Below the pieces are notes generated by a model, which saw nothing but the letters and a program-made list of their open reading frames with translations, was not told the origin of the DNA and made no database searches. Positions 1 to 15,200 of a stretch of 64,000 bases of DNA are shown one piece after another; positions within the stretch are counted from its first letter, which is position 1; each line of letters starts with the position of its first letter. Source of the DNA: Balanoglossus misakiensis (Eukaryota > Animalia > Hemichordata). The position numbers and the translations under genes were made by a program. The stretch covers positions 9,621,556 to 9,685,555 of the forward strand of contig CM082583.2 of NCBI GenBank assembly GCA_040954595.2, in the 5' to 3' direction.

Positions 1-226
1 ACACGGTATGTGTTCTATTTTATACTTCTGTTGAAATATTTAATCTTACCTTCGAAAGGGGATAAAGTGCTCATGAGAAGTGAGTGGTATATGATTACTG
101 TACAATGAAACACAGACTTTCTGAGGCAGTTAACTCTTTACACAAAGACATGTACATGGAGTAGCACTTTTTGATAATTTTCATGTGTAACTGTTTCAGT
201 ACAATATTTTATTTTTTAAATTTCAG

Positions 227-3200
227 CCGAGCAAGAGAATATGAGGACTTCATTCCACTCCAGAGTTCAGTGACCTTTCAGGATGGGCAGACTGAGGCCA
301 ACATCCAGCTTGATCTGTTGGATGATAGTATACCTGAAATGTCTGAGAGTGTCTTCATCTACATCACTGATGTGACTCTGATCAGTAACCCGCAGGCAAG
401 ACCTGGTGGGTAGAACTCATTCTCTGTTATACATTAACTAAGTTATTCTGGTATATTGAAATTTCAATGACACAATTTTTGTCTTCCCTTTCCTATATTC
501 CTGGTGCAGTTGAAGACTCGCCACGGATTGGCTTAGACAACATTGCCCAGGTGGCAATAATAGCCAATGACAATGCTAATGGAGTTCTGCAGTTATCAAA
601 CACCGAGATTTCAGTTAGCGAAGGCCACAGCGGTCCTTTCATTAATGTGACCAGAACAGCTGGTTCCTTTGGAGAGGTAAATCATGTATTTTAATCTTGT
701 GAGCTTGAATACCATTTGGACTACAATATCATATGATAGTTTTGGTTCAGTAATGGTGCTGCATTTAAAACTCTTCAAAATGGCACGTAATTGTTTTTTC
801 AACCAATCAAAAGAATTCTTGTGTGTACTCCCATTGAAAACTGACCAATCACCTCACTTAACAGGTCACAGTGAGGTTCCAAGTGGTTCCCATGACAGCC
901 CAAGCCGGCAGTGATTACAGTGTCTCTTCTTCCGACGTCATATTGCTGAGTGGCGAAACTTACAAAGCTATACCAGTGGAAATCTCCAATGATGGCGTCC
1001 CGGAGATGGAGGAGACTTTTGAAATCCGACTTCTTGATCAGATCACTGGGGGCGCTGTCTTAGGATCACCAACCACAGCCATCATCACTATCTTGCCTTC
1101 CGATGATCCAAATGGAAGATTCGGTAATATTCAGTGCTATATATTAGGAATTGTATTCTAACTTGTAACGTTTTTGCTAGAGGATATTATGGCCGGATGA
1201 AAAGGGGAGATTTGCACATCTGATTGGAGAGTGCCTACTCTCCTAACAAACAACAATTGTTGGAGCTTGGAGTTAGTTTGAGATTGTGTGGAAATGTTTT
1301 GTGTACTCGATGTAATGCATACTCACACCATGATCTCACCTGTATGTTCTGTATCACACTCTAGACTTTGCGATAACCAGCATTCTGGTGGAAGAACCTA
1401 GGGCAGGTGACAGTCGAATAGTGAACATTACCGTGGTCCGAGCTGGAGGCACTGCTGGTGTGGTGGCAGTGCAGTGGGATGCGACACTCAACGGTAAATC
1501 AACTTGTGATATTCTCAACTTGGAAACAGATGTTACCAGTAGTTGTTTGTCATGATTCTATTGCAGTGCCTAGCTGCTTCATGAAAGTTCAATCTGATTG
1601 CTTTATAGGGTATTTAGCATCAGAAGATGTCAGGCCTACGGGTGGAGTCCTGTATTTCCTGTCAACAATGACACATGAAACCTTCAGGCTCGAAATTTTA
1701 CCTGACAATATCCCAGAAGAAAGAGAGGTAATAAAACTATCAAACATTCATAATTGTCGTATCTTCTTGATTTTGATCCTACAGCCCTCATCTTCCTTCC
1801 AATGAGCTCATTTTGGTCATTTTGGAATTCTTACTTTTCTCTGTTCTTTTAACTATAGAATGGAAACTAGTCAAATATATTAGTTCCACATACCACAACA
1901 GACGTTGAACAACATCCTCTGCAATTTTTTTCTTTCGACAGGAAATTAAACTGATGCTAAAGAGTGCCACCAGTGGTGGAGTTATTGGACCCCAGTCTGA
2001 AGCGACTGTTACCATAGAAGCCAATGATGACCCACACGGCACTGTGGAGTTTGCATATTTGGAGAATGTTGTCATCGAAGAAGAAGGCAACAGTGTAGCC
2101 AACATTAAAGTAAATAGAAGGTGAGTTGGAGACATTTCCATACTCAGTTAAGAGTTTGAATAAATTTTAACAATTTTGAATGTGAAATGCGTGGTAATAA
2201 ATACTGATAAAATATTTGCCTTTTTTTATTTTTCCAGTCACGGTACATTTGGAGATCTTGAAGTCTTCTATAGTACAGAGGAAATCGATCTTGTCACAAC
2301 AGCAACCAAAGATGGCCAGTCCCTCCTCTCCTACTACCTGTCACCCCTGCAGGGCAGCGTTGTGGGACAGCCCAAGAATTCCATCGATGTCAGCCAGGCG
2401 TCCTTCCCTCTTGGAGAATGTGCCGGGCGATGCATCCAGGAAAAGGCCTGTGCTTCTTTTGAATTTGCAGATGTTGGTGGTGATGTGGAATGCCTTTGGT
2501 CCCTCTATGCAGATAGCACTTCCTTTGACTCCTCGACAGAATTCTTTTATTACGTTAAGGATATGAATAAGGTAATTTAATAAATTTCATCACCAATATC
2601 ATAAAAAATAGTGAATGACGTTTTGTAAAGAAAAAATATACAGTTTTATGTGAGTTACTGTGTGTTTTATGTATACATGGTTGAGGAATTATTGAAATTT
2701 GTTTTTGACTAGGTACAACCATTGTATGATGGCCAGGCTGAAGCGGGCGTCGACTTTGCTCCGGTCAACACTGGATCATTCCAGATTCCAGATGGATCAA
2801 ACTATGGATATGTCAGTGTTGTCATCCTCAATGACTCCATTCCAGAGCTAGATGAAACTTTCCAGGTAAAGAAGAAAATCTGTGTAGTGTTGAAAGTCTA
2901 ATGGTGGAGAGTTTACTTTTATGTGCTACTATGTATTATTTTATATAAGGCTTTGTTGCATATTTTGAAATAAACCATTATTTGGGGAAATTGAATATTT
3001 GCAGGTCAAACTGGAAAGTGTGAGACTTATTGATCTGACACCACTACCACAGAACCAACCCCAGCTTGGACAACTCACCGTGGCAGATGTGATCATCGGT
3101 GGAAATGATGACGCCAATGGTGTGTGGCGGATATACAGCAGCAGTCCGGATGCTACGGATAATGGCCAAGCAATCGCTGTGGTGGAAAGGGATGGACTGT

Positions 3201-6200
3201 CAGTGAGTGTGGAACTGGTTGTGGAAAGAACAGGTAAAAACATACATGTATAAAATGGGGCTTGCAGAAATTGGTGACATAGTTTTGTGATGATCATTCT
3301 GTGTACTTTTTCTTGTTGTACTGTACATGGTAAACACATTGAATCATTGACCCGGAACTCAGAATTCTACTGTATAATTCTCTCTGTAGGTGGTGCCATA
3401 GGCGATGTGTCGGTGTCTTGGCATGTGGCAGGTGGCACAGCAACTGATGGAGAGGACTACATCGCAGATGGAGCGACGTTGACATTTGCTCCAAGAGAGA
3501 GGAGACAAGGTAGGGAAGAGTTTCTTCCAGTCACCCTGTTATCATTACTGATTTTTTTTTTATATAACATATGCACATCTAAAGTATTTATGACTCATTT
3601 GAACATTTCCATTTCAGAAATCACAATCAGCATCCGAGACGACTCTCTGCCGGAAGAGAATGAGACGTTGATCGTTGAGTTGTATAATCCCGGTGGTGGC
3701 AGCGTACTGAGTCCAAGGAACTCAGTCAGTGTCATCATCCTAGCCAACGACAATGTTGCCGGTCTGCTCAAGTTTACTGTGCTGTCGTATATTGTGAAAG
3801 AAGGTCAGTCAGAGTTGTGAAGTATTCACTGTTAGAACTCATAATGGCAACATACTAGTACTTCAGTACACAAGTCTTTTGAAACCAGTTTGTTTGACAT
3901 TTATGATATGTTTCCAATTGTTCATTTTCTGCCAGGTGACCGTTTCGATGTGACTGTGGAGAGATCAGCTCCGGCCAAAGGCATCGTGGAAGTCAACTGG
4001 GTGATCGAAGGTGTCAGCAACTATCTGCCTCGACTCAACTTCCAAGAAACCAACGGAACACTGACGTTTGCAGAGGTAGGAAACACCAAGAGTGAATGTG
4101 AAGTGATTCTGTTAGAACGAATTCAGATCAGAAAAATGTGTAAAAAAATGAAGTTATGACCGGTGCTACTGTGCATTTAGTCTGTGGAATCCTTTATCAC
4201 TAGTGATGTGTAGTGATTGTTAAAAATGTTACTGCTGATCTGTTCTCATCAGAAAAGTATAACAGTGATTATAAGATGAATTTTTAGTCACACGTGTAAT
4301 TTTTTTTTTACTATCCTAGGGTCAGTTCATTCAAGTGATCACTGTCCACGCACTGACAGATGAAACTCCAGAAATCAATGAAGAATACACAATAAGACTG
4401 AATGATCCTGTCACTATAGGTAGGGAATTAACACATTTCTAGCTTGTTCTATGGATTTAATGTCCTTGTGCACATTCATGCCTCAATCATCACCAATGTG
4501 CCTTCACTTTCTTTTACCCCAGGAGTACCTGAAACAGGGGGAGCCGGTCTCAATGAGCAGGGATCTACAGCAAGTATCACAATCGAAGCCAGTGATGAAC
4601 CACATGGTATCTTTGTGTTCACGCCGGGCTCTGCAAGATTGGCCACTGATGAAGCAGATTCTGAAATTGAACTCATTGTGGAGAGAAAATTTGGATCAAT
4701 TGGTGAGTTTGTTGTTGGAAATTCAGCTGAACTTATCATACTACCTTTGCATACAGAAAGTCACCACAAGGAGACATTTCATTTGTTTTCTAAACTTGAT
4801 TTAAACTTCTTTCTGCAGGACACGTCAGAATTTATTATGAAATTCTCGGTGGTGCCATAGAGCCGGAAACTCCATCGACCAGTCGGGCTGCTCCCAATGT
4901 GGATTTCATTCCAGTCCGAGGTTTTATTGACTTTGAGGATGGAGTTGTCAATCAACCGATCCAAGTTCAAATTCTGGAGGTAATAGTTATCAATGTACTT
5001 CGCCAACCATACAGTTGCAATCATCAGGGTTTGGCAAAAGAATATTTTAATACTCGAAATTTACAGTAAATGTGATTTGGCTTTTATATCATGGAATTGA
5101 ATATTTTTCAGGACAACACCCCAGAACTGGATGAAGTCTTCCTGGTCAACCTGACCTCTGCAATGCTTATGAGTGCAACCAATACTGAGACTCCACCTAA
5201 ACTGGGTAAATACTATAGCCATATGTAGACATAAGTTTACATTTAATTTCAGTGAGCTGCACACATGAAAGAAATTATTTGATGTGATGAGACATTTCTC
5301 AAATGTGTTATGATATGAATTGAGAAAATTGATTATCGATGATTTCATTTTCCAGGTCCTAGTGACACTCTTGCCCAAGTCACTATCAATGCAAATGATG
5401 GCACTCAGGGAGTGGTGCAGTTTGCCAACAGCTCAGCGAGGTAAGTAATTTCTGTCAATTACAATAGCTGTAATTTTATTGGAATATTGAAATAGATCGG
5501 ATACAATATATGTCATGCATATACATTTGACATGTCTGATGGAACAGAGTGTTGCCAGTTTGATATCTCATTGCATATCCATGTCTCCATGCAGAGTAAC
5601 CGTGAATGAAGGAAACATGAACATCTCACTGACAGTGGAACGCAAACAGGGTACCTACGGCATTGTGACTGTGTTCTGCTACACCCAGCCATTGGAAGCT
5701 GACAGGGGATTGGATTACAGATTTATCGATCAGGTAATGACATCACAAAAACTGACAATGTATATCTGAGTGTGATTAAAATTCAGTGTGTGTTTTTTTG
5801 CCCAGTAAATTCCATGTTAATATTACCAGAGTTTCACAGAACCCTTGACCAGTGTTCCTGTTGGCAAAATAAATTAATTTTTATTCATGTTACAACAACA
5901 GTATATGTCAATAGAGTTCCCTAAACTATTTACCTACATTATCAAACCTGTAGTGAAAGTTGATATAAATGAATTTATGCCTGTTTGGTCCACCTCCTAG
6001 GTACTGACTTTTGATGATGGTGAAAGCATAAAAACCATCACCGTGGAAGTATTTGAAGATGATGTCCCAGAGGACGATGAGACCTTTGAGGTTATCTTGG
6101 ATAATCCCAACTTTGGACTTGAACTTGGCAATCCCAGCAGAGGTAAGGGTGTTGTTTGTCATTTCTTTTTTGGCAAGTCACAAAACACACCTACTGGTAT

Positions 6201-9200
6201 GAACGCATTTGGGAGAACAGACTGAATGCTATCAACATCACTGACACTAAATGATATTCATCATCTATTCATTTGTATCAACAGCCTCAGTTACCATCCT
6301 CTCAAACGACGATGCCTTTGGCATTGTGTCCTTTGCCACCTTCACCAACATCACTATCTATGAGCCGACTGTCACCAGTACGGCCGACAGCGTGGCCAGA
6401 TTCACCGTTGTCCGAGACAGAGGGGCGTTCCAGGAGATCCAGGTGCCCTTCAAGGTCATGAACTTGGATGGGTCCGAAGGGGTCGTCGATGTCACGCCAG
6501 TGGAAGGTTTCATCACTTTTGAAGCGAACATCGATACAACAGTGAGTAGTGAATAGTGTGTGAGTTCAAGTGAATGTTGGTGCTAGTGGTATGGATGGAC
6601 AGTGAATGTGCTGTTTATACAAAGAAACCCTACTTTTTCCTTGGAGGACATGCCAGTATTTATAACTTAGTATTCAAAATGACAGAAACTGTTTAAGTTT
6701 GTGATATATGGCTTACTGACTAATATCTCCATTTGCCAGGTTCTGGAGATTTCTGCCCTGTGGGACGAGGAACCAGAGTTGGATGAAGGGTTTGTTGTCC
6801 GGTTGCTGACACCGACTGGAGGAGCCATCTTGGGATATCCCACGGTTGCTTACATCAACGTGGCTGATAATGATGCGCCGTATGGTCTCATACAAATCTA
6901 TCCTCTTGGACTTCCAGGGTGAGTTGAGATTGTGTCTATACATCTGGTCTGTAATCAAGTACATGTACAACATTTACTCTTGTCAGCAAGCCATGGTTAT
7001 TTCAACATCATTTGTTCCTCCTTTCACATACACAGCGCTACGTCAGTCAATGTAGAAGAAGATGTCGGGACTGCATTCTTCACTGTATACAGAGCCAGGG
7101 GTACTCTTGACACCGTCACAGTTCAGTGGCAGACTATGCCTGCATCTGCAAGGACTGTTGGTAAGTGTGGTCCTAAATACATTGTATATACTGTTGTCAG
7201 AAGTAAAATTGACGTTATTTTATAATTAGTACCAAATATTTTTATTTTGTGTATTAAGTTCATCTTCTGTTGTTTTTTAACTAGCTGGCACGGCATTGAC
7301 TGAACTGTCTGTTGTACAAACCATACCAGGCCAGGGTATAATAAGTTGGCATAGCTTTACTATGGGTTCCGATCAGTACTTGGTTGTCCTCAACAATGCC
7401 AAAGTTGGCCCGCTGACCACCACAGTGGGCAGTGATGGTTCAGCCAGTGACAACATGACAAGCATCTACAACTCAGTGCTGTATGTCTGGCAAGGGGAGT
7501 TCATCCCTCTACAGGTGAGCAGAGCGTTTACACTGTTTTTCGCCTCTCAGTGTCATCATTATCATCATCGTCACCACCACCACCACCACCACCACCACCA
7601 CCACCACAATCATCATCAATGATATCTATGTTTTCATTGCAGGCTATTGAAACTGATGGTGGCATGAAAGCAACTACGGCCATGATCGGTGGCGCTATGT
7701 ATCTGGCCATTGCAAACCACGGCAGTATCGGAAGATACCAAACATCATCTAGGATATATAGAGTTGGATATGGTGGCACCCTGACAGTGGTGAGTTGTTT
7801 TTTGGAGAAAGATCTTATCGCTCGGATCAATTTACTGAAGTGAAACTTGCAAAAAGTATGATCAATAATGTATACATGTACTCCCGTCAAATTGATTATC
7901 AAACCTTTAATGACAGTAAAACACTGACATTATAAGGCTTGTTGTGAAATACATGTCTGCATAGCAAATTTTGGGAAAAAATACAAGTATGACATTTCTG
8001 CTTTTGTGATTCCAGGTACAAGACATCTCAACCGACGGTGCTAGTGACCTTGCATTCTTCACAGTTGGGGTGGACACATTCCTTGTGATCACGAATGAAA
8101 TGAACAGCAACGAAGTCACCACCATCAGTTCGCAAGTGCTTCGATGGAGCGGATCTCAGTTCGTCCAATCGCAGCTGCTGAGCACCACCGGAGCTGTTGG
8201 CGTCACTGCCTTCAAGATGGCAGGTGTCAGTTACGTGGCTGTTGCCAATAGATACGACTCCTCTCAAGCCTCCTTGGAGACGAAGTAAGTAAATTAATGT
8301 ATTGTGGTGTACATGTAAAGAGGAGAAAAATCCAAGACCTGCGAATGTGGTGCACACATGCATGTCTCTTTTCAGCTGTATACATATTGGTATGAAATTA
8401 CATTAATATAATGAAGTACTATAGAAAAATTTGATTGTAAATCCAAAAGAAGGTTGAATTTAGATTTTGCTTCAAAATCAAATGGTCGCTTTGGTAATCT
8501 TTCTTTTCCCTACTATCATGATAGTTCTGTGTTGTACAAATGGAGCAACAATCGCTTGGAGGAATACCAATCCATTCCAACCAAAGGAGCAACGGATGTG
8601 ACCACATTCACCAGTGGAGTGGATACATATCTTGTGTTTACAAACAGCAGAGCAAATGGTAATGTAATGTTCCATCTACCGGTACATTTCGGCCCTTAAA
8701 TCTACTTGTCATGAAAGGCCAGTTTGAATGAAGAAAAGGTATCCTTTGGGATATGTCTATGAGGTACAGGTAGGATTGTTTAACATCCAGGGGCATTAGT
8801 GTTTGAATTACAACTTTTGTTACGGATTCTCTTTCCAGATGGCAGGACGGCGATTGACTCGGAAGTCATGAAGTGGGACATCGTCTCTCAAAGCTTTGTC
8901 AGCTTTCAACAGCTGAGAACAAACGGTGCCCAGTCTGTCAGTGCGTACACGGACGGCGGAAACCAGTACCTTGCTGTAGCCAATGCCATCGGTGACTCTA
9001 CCGTGTATGTGTGGAGAAACGGCCAATTTGTGACTCTAGTGTCAGCTCCATCAGGGTACGATCTGACCCCAGTCACCGTGGATACGTCCATGACTCTACT
9101 GGCATCTGCGAACTATGGAGATGGACAATCACTGATGATGTCGAGTGTCTTTGAGATTGTTGATCTTGGGGAAGGATCAGATTATACACCAAGGTATGTG

Positions 9201-12200
9201 AACAACAGATACATGTATTGAAATAGATGTACCTACCGTACATCATGCAAAACTTAGTGCAGTATATCCTCTTGTCTCAATATGTCAGTAAGGTACTTGT
9301 ACCAAACAAGCTACCAATGAAAGGACATGAATTTTCCTCTTTTAAATCAAAATTATTTTTATCTCTCAGATCTGGAATGCTGACCTTTGGCCCCGGTGAG
9401 ATTCAGAGAACCGTGACAGTGACCATATTGAATGATGAAACCCCCGAAGACACTGAAGACTTTTATGTTACCATTGGCAACCCAACAGGGGGAGCTGAAA
9501 TCAGCAATCTGAATCAAGTGATGGTGAACATTCTGTCCAATGACAATGCACACGGTGTCATTGGCTTTGATATGGTGAGACTTAATTGTAATCACTCTTC
9601 AGACATAGTTGATAACAGTCTGATTTTGGTTATGATGACTCAAACTCGTAGACATTGATTTGAGTTGTTGACGCTGTCGCAGATGAGCCAATCAATAATT
9701 GTGTCATGAAACTTTTGTTACAGGATTCACTGTCTGTACAAGTAGAGGAATTACAGACTGATAACCCAGTGGTGTTGACTGTGAGAAGACGGTACGGCAC
9801 AGCTGGATCTGTAGTTGTGGAGTGGCAAGCTACAGGTGATCATGGTGCTAATGATATCTCACCAACATCAGGACAGGTAAGAGTGATAATGAGTCTTCAA
9901 TTCTAATTGCGACAAGTCGTTGCAAGAAAATTTCATATCTTTGACAAGATATGTGGATTTCACTTTCATGTTTAAAACCAGAATAATGAAATCAACATAA
10001 TTCAAGGAAGTCAAGGGTGACTCTTCAATAACTGAACTTAAGCCATGTATGGACGGTTAGTTGAGGTCATAAGCCTGTTTAGCAGACTCATTTATTTTGT
10101 GCACATTTTTTGTAGATTGAGTTCCCAGATGGTCTAGCTACTGCTGTAATCTACCTCAACGTCATCGCCGACTCTGAGCCAGAGCTGGACGAAGTCAGCT
10201 CCATCCAGCTGACCCGGGTCGTGTTGCCCGGTACGTCCCTCCCCGGCCGCGGCGCCACCATCAGCAGCACCGAGGACACAGCCAGGTTGACAGTACTGGC
10301 CAATGATTCACCCCACGGGGTCATTGCCTGGGGTTTGGACTCCCTCAGGTTGACAGTGGATGAGCCCGAACAAGACGACTTCACGGCCACCGTGACCTTG
10401 AAGATTGTCCGAGAACAGGGCAGCCAGGGAAGTGTCTCTGTCACTTACAGGTAAGGACGGGCTTGATAATGGCAGTTGTGTTCATTGTCAAGGTCATTTT
10501 GTCTGCTCTTTAGCTGGACATGAACATAAGTCTTGTAGAAAAGATGAGGAGTCATCAGCTTGAATATATTTTTCCTGCTTTTTTTTAGTACATCTGAAGA
10601 CATCAGCGTACCAGTTCAGCAAAGAGCTACGTCTGGAGATGACTTTGTAGACACACAGAACACAGTGACAATGGATGAGGGCGTCACAGAAATTAACGTC
10701 TTTGTCACCGTCAGAGCGGTAAGTCAGCATCATTATTAGGAGGGAGTTTGCCAAGACTTTAATCAGCAGAAGTGATCCATCATTTGGAGAAAAGAATAAG
10801 ATTTCGAATACCACAACTGTTATAAATACACCTTGATTTAGTGTCATTTTCCGTCAAACATGTAACTCTGTGCAAGACACGAGTTGAGCAACACACACTA
10901 TGTTGAACTTATATCTTAACAGGACAGTGTACCAGAGGGGCCAGAGATGTTCTTAGTAAACATCACCTCAGTGTCCTTGGCATCAGGAATTCCCATTGGT
11001 GGTGCTGCCCCCAGCGTTAAGATAGCCCAGAGTGTCGCTGAGATCACCATCACTGAGAATGACTATGCCCGCGGAGTGCTGCAGTTTGACATTGAAAAGG
11101 TGGGTGTAACAGGGAGTTCATTGTATGAATTACATCAGTACTCCTTCAAATGAAAGTAAGATAATATCAAAGGTTAGCAGCTTTGTCGTTTTAATATTTG
11201 AAAGTAAGAAAATTAAAAATCTAATATCACATCCGTTGATTCTTATTTCAGAATGCCCTTGGTGAAGTGGAAGTCTATGAAGGTGGCGGCACTGACGGAT
11301 TAATACAGTTAAAAGTGAGTCGACTGGAAGGCACTTACACAGCCGTAGAAGTCAGCTGGTTGGCGTACATTGCATCTGCTACTTCGGCTGATTTCACTCC
11401 CATGTCAGGAACTGTCTCTTTCCAAGATGGCCAGGTAGGTTTCACTTGCATTTAACTGTTGACTTGAATATTTTTTATGTCTGTTGGCTATCTCAGCCTC
11501 ATGTAAAGAATTTTGGACATTTTTTGAACAGCTACAATGCCATTACCCACATAAGACTGAAATACATGTAAGGGGCTTGACTGGTCAAGCAAAATATATA
11601 GTAGGATATATACAAGCATGTTTCTGTTGTATAAGCTCTGACAAAGTGTTGGCTGTCTCAATATGATTGTTTTTGTTTGTTTTGTTTACAGAGGGAAGGA
11701 TCTGTTGACATAACTATTATTGATGATGCTGAAACAGAAAATGATGAGGTAAGAAAACATGTATCAAATAACAAATTTTATCTTATATGTAACCTTTTAG
11801 ATGAAATATGAAATTGATTTGTTGTGCACTTGTTTGAAACCATGTTTTTCTCTCTCTCCAGATTTTCAATGTTAGATTATACAATCCCACCAATGGAGCA
11901 GTTTTAGGCAGTGAGACACTTGTAACAATCAAAATCAAGAAGAATGATTCACCGTTTGGACTGTTTGGTTTCACATCGACAGAGGTGAGAGAACTAACTG
12001 AATATGGTCACGTCACTTCTGAAGACAAAACGTTGCATGTTGGACAGCATATTTCATCAACATGAACCACGCATGTAAAGGAACAACTTTCACTAGAGAT
12101 GATAATGAGTGATCGTATTGGTGTGTCTGTTACATTCGCAGGAATCTGTGATGGAATCTGAGACCGACAATGACCCCAACGGCCAGGTAACATTTGTAAT

Positions 12201-15200
12201 TCAGCGCAGTCAAGGCAGTGCTGGTACAGTACAGTTACAATGGGAACTTGAAGAAGCTGCCAGAGATGACATCTCACCATCCCAGGGCATTCTTACCTTT
12301 GCTACGGTAAATTCCAACTTCTATATCTGATTTGTAAATTTCAGTCACATAAACATTTTTTACAGGAAGCAACACACAGTTTTCATACATGTATGTAATA
12401 ATACATGTACTGTGTACACACTTTGTCTTCACAGGGAGTGACTCAGCAGTTTGTCAGATTACGCGCCGTGCCAGATAACATTCTTGAAGGAGAAGAGAGA
12501 TTCTCATTAGACATTGTCAGTGTCTCCAACGATGCAGACATATCACCGATTTATGGTTAGTAGAACGTCAAAACCCTTACATCCACTATATTTTATATCA
12601 AGAAATATCTTGGTATTGCATTTTCTGAGCTAACATATATTTTTTGTTTACAGGACATGCAACAATTGTGATTTTACCAAACCGTGGTGCTTCAGGTATT
12701 GTGTCTGTCTTCCCACCATCAAGGAATGTTCTCATCGGTGAACCAGGAATCAATTATGATGGCGCAGCATACATATTGTGAGTCAATGTCCATTGTTTAA
12801 TGAAGTATTGATCTGTTCAGTGTAATTCTTGTCCTCACTTATCTGACAGCTAGAGTTAGACCCATTCAAACTAGTTGATAATGACAAAAGGCCTTGTTTT
12901 CTGTTTTCCAGTTTGACGCGTGGCCAGGGAGTGTTTGGTTCAGTCAACGTCAATTGGCAGCTGTCGCCGAGAGATGATGCCACTTTTCAGCAGACATCAG
13001 GAATGGCAGTGTTTGAAGACCAAGTACAAAATGCAACTATTACTCTACAGGTAATTACATTGTACATTTTGTACACTCTGAAAGAGAGTGTATCTGTAGA
13101 ACACCGGAAAAACAGAAGGCACTGAATAAACATTCACTGATTTACACTTCACAGACAGCTGCTTTTTAAATTCTATTTTTACATTATTCACAGACTAAAG
13201 ATGATGATGTACCAGAGTTGAAACAGATCTACAGACTTCAGCTGGTGTCAGTCACTGGTGGCGCTAGCATTGACATCACTCCTGGGGCAAATGAAGCCGT
13301 GGTTACCGTGGCAGCCAGCGATAACCCACATGGCATCTTCCAGTTTGAAGTTCAACAAGTCACTGTCAATGAGGATGACAGACAGGTCAGTGGAAATAGT
13401 ATCCTGTTGGTCAAAGATACAAGAATAGATATTGCATTTTCAGTTTTTACTTTAAGTTAACATACCGGTATTGTTATTAAAGTTGGTACCATCCCTTTGT
13501 CTTGCAGATAAATTTGAACATAGTGCGTACTGGTGGCTTGATAGGTCGTGTTCAAGTCAGCTACTCCACTTCTTCAGGTAGTGCCTTAGCTGGCCAGGAT
13601 TTCAGTTCATCTTCAAGATGTAAGTGTTTAAGAGCTTAGTCATTGTAAACCTGTAACATATTACATACTAAATGGTATATCATGCTGTCTGTGCTAATAT
13701 GCTGGCCCATTGTGATGTCAGATTGCTTTAAAAATATTACATGTATATGATTTGTAGCGTTGACATTTCTGTGATATTTTCCACAGCTGTTGTATTCAAT
13801 GACGGAGTACGTATTCAAGTCGTCACCATCGTTGTCTTGCAAGATGAAGAGCCAGAAGGACCCGAGAACTTCTTTGTCAACATCACGTCGCTTCAACTGT
13901 TGGCTGACAGGTGAGCACCCTGTACAGCTTCGGAGTATATTGTCAATGTCTTTAAGATGTGTTCTTTGACTTGATTTACTGCGTGCTTGTTTCCATAGTG
14001 ACAATGATAGATTTGATACAATCTCTGTTCCTTCCCATAGTGAAAGTGATTACACTGATCGCAATGGCCTCTCCGTTGACATGCCACCACAGATGGGATC
14101 AATACCAGTTGTTACCATAGTGATCGACAAGAATGACAATGCAGAGGGTATCATTGAGTTTGGAGAAGATGCTATCACATTTTTGGGTGAGTCTATCTCA
14201 TATGTCAGTAATTATGACAAACTAGTGGGCGACCTTTCTTTGGAAGCCCTAAAATTTCTAAATCTTACATCTGGAAATATATTTGTAAGTTTTGTAAGTT
14301 AATGGATGCATTCCTTCATACATTCGTGAGGTTGTTGAAAAAGCTGAATTATTATTTATTCCCACACGATTACCGTTCTTCTCCTTTTACAGTTTCTGAA
14401 GATGTCGGAACCGCATCAGTGCCTGTACAGCGCACTGCTGGCAGCTACGGTCTTGTGAGCGCCACCTTTGCACCAATGTCTCTGACGGCAATGCCCAATG
14501 GTGTGGACTACACCCTCAGCAATGGAGAAGTCATATTCCAAGACGGTCAGACCGTGGCGTACATCGACGTGGACATCATTGACGACTCCGACAAGGAGTT
14601 CGAAGAGGTGTTCGAGATTAGGCTGGTTGCCACCACCGGTGGCGCTATACTCGGCACCAATCTCCTGTCGACTGTCACCATAGCAAAGAGCGATGGTCCG
14701 GATGGGCTTGTTGGTTTCTCTGCCACTGACGTTGAGAGAGTGATTCCAAATCCCGCTATTGAGACCGAGATTACATTTACCATCGAAAGGACTGGTGGTT
14801 TGGATGCTTATCTCACACCTGCAGAGGTATGTGAATATTGCTCTTGCAGTTCAGTGACATGAGGTTCAAGAAAATGGTCATCAGGCAACTATTTTCTTTC
14901 AAAAATGGCTCTTCTAGCCGAAAACAGTCTGTAATTCATGAACGTTCAAATTACTTATATTTTTCAGATTAAATGGCAAATCCTCGGACCCAACTCAGAA
15001 AGTGTCCTGACCACAACAGAGGATATTTCCACAGCAGATGGTAGCATCCAAGGGTCAATATTCTTCTTTAATGGAGAACGCGGCTCAAAGACTTTCACAC
15101 TGACGGTCAAACCGTACCCAGGAGCTGAACAGCAAGAAGTCTTCATCGTGGAAATTTATGAGATTAACGGAGCTGGGGAATTGAGCACCGCAGCCAATAC

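Noticed and set aside
7528-7902. Poly-His, poly-Pro and poly-Gly ORFs
   Set aside because: Translations of the intronic (CAC)n microsatellite, which is removed by the 7515-7642 intron.
8739-8748. GTATCCTTTG resembling a U12 minor-intron 5' splice site; also TCCTTAAC near 21952
   Set aside because: Both lie inside introns already explained by in-phase U2 GT-AG sites, with no matching partner signal.
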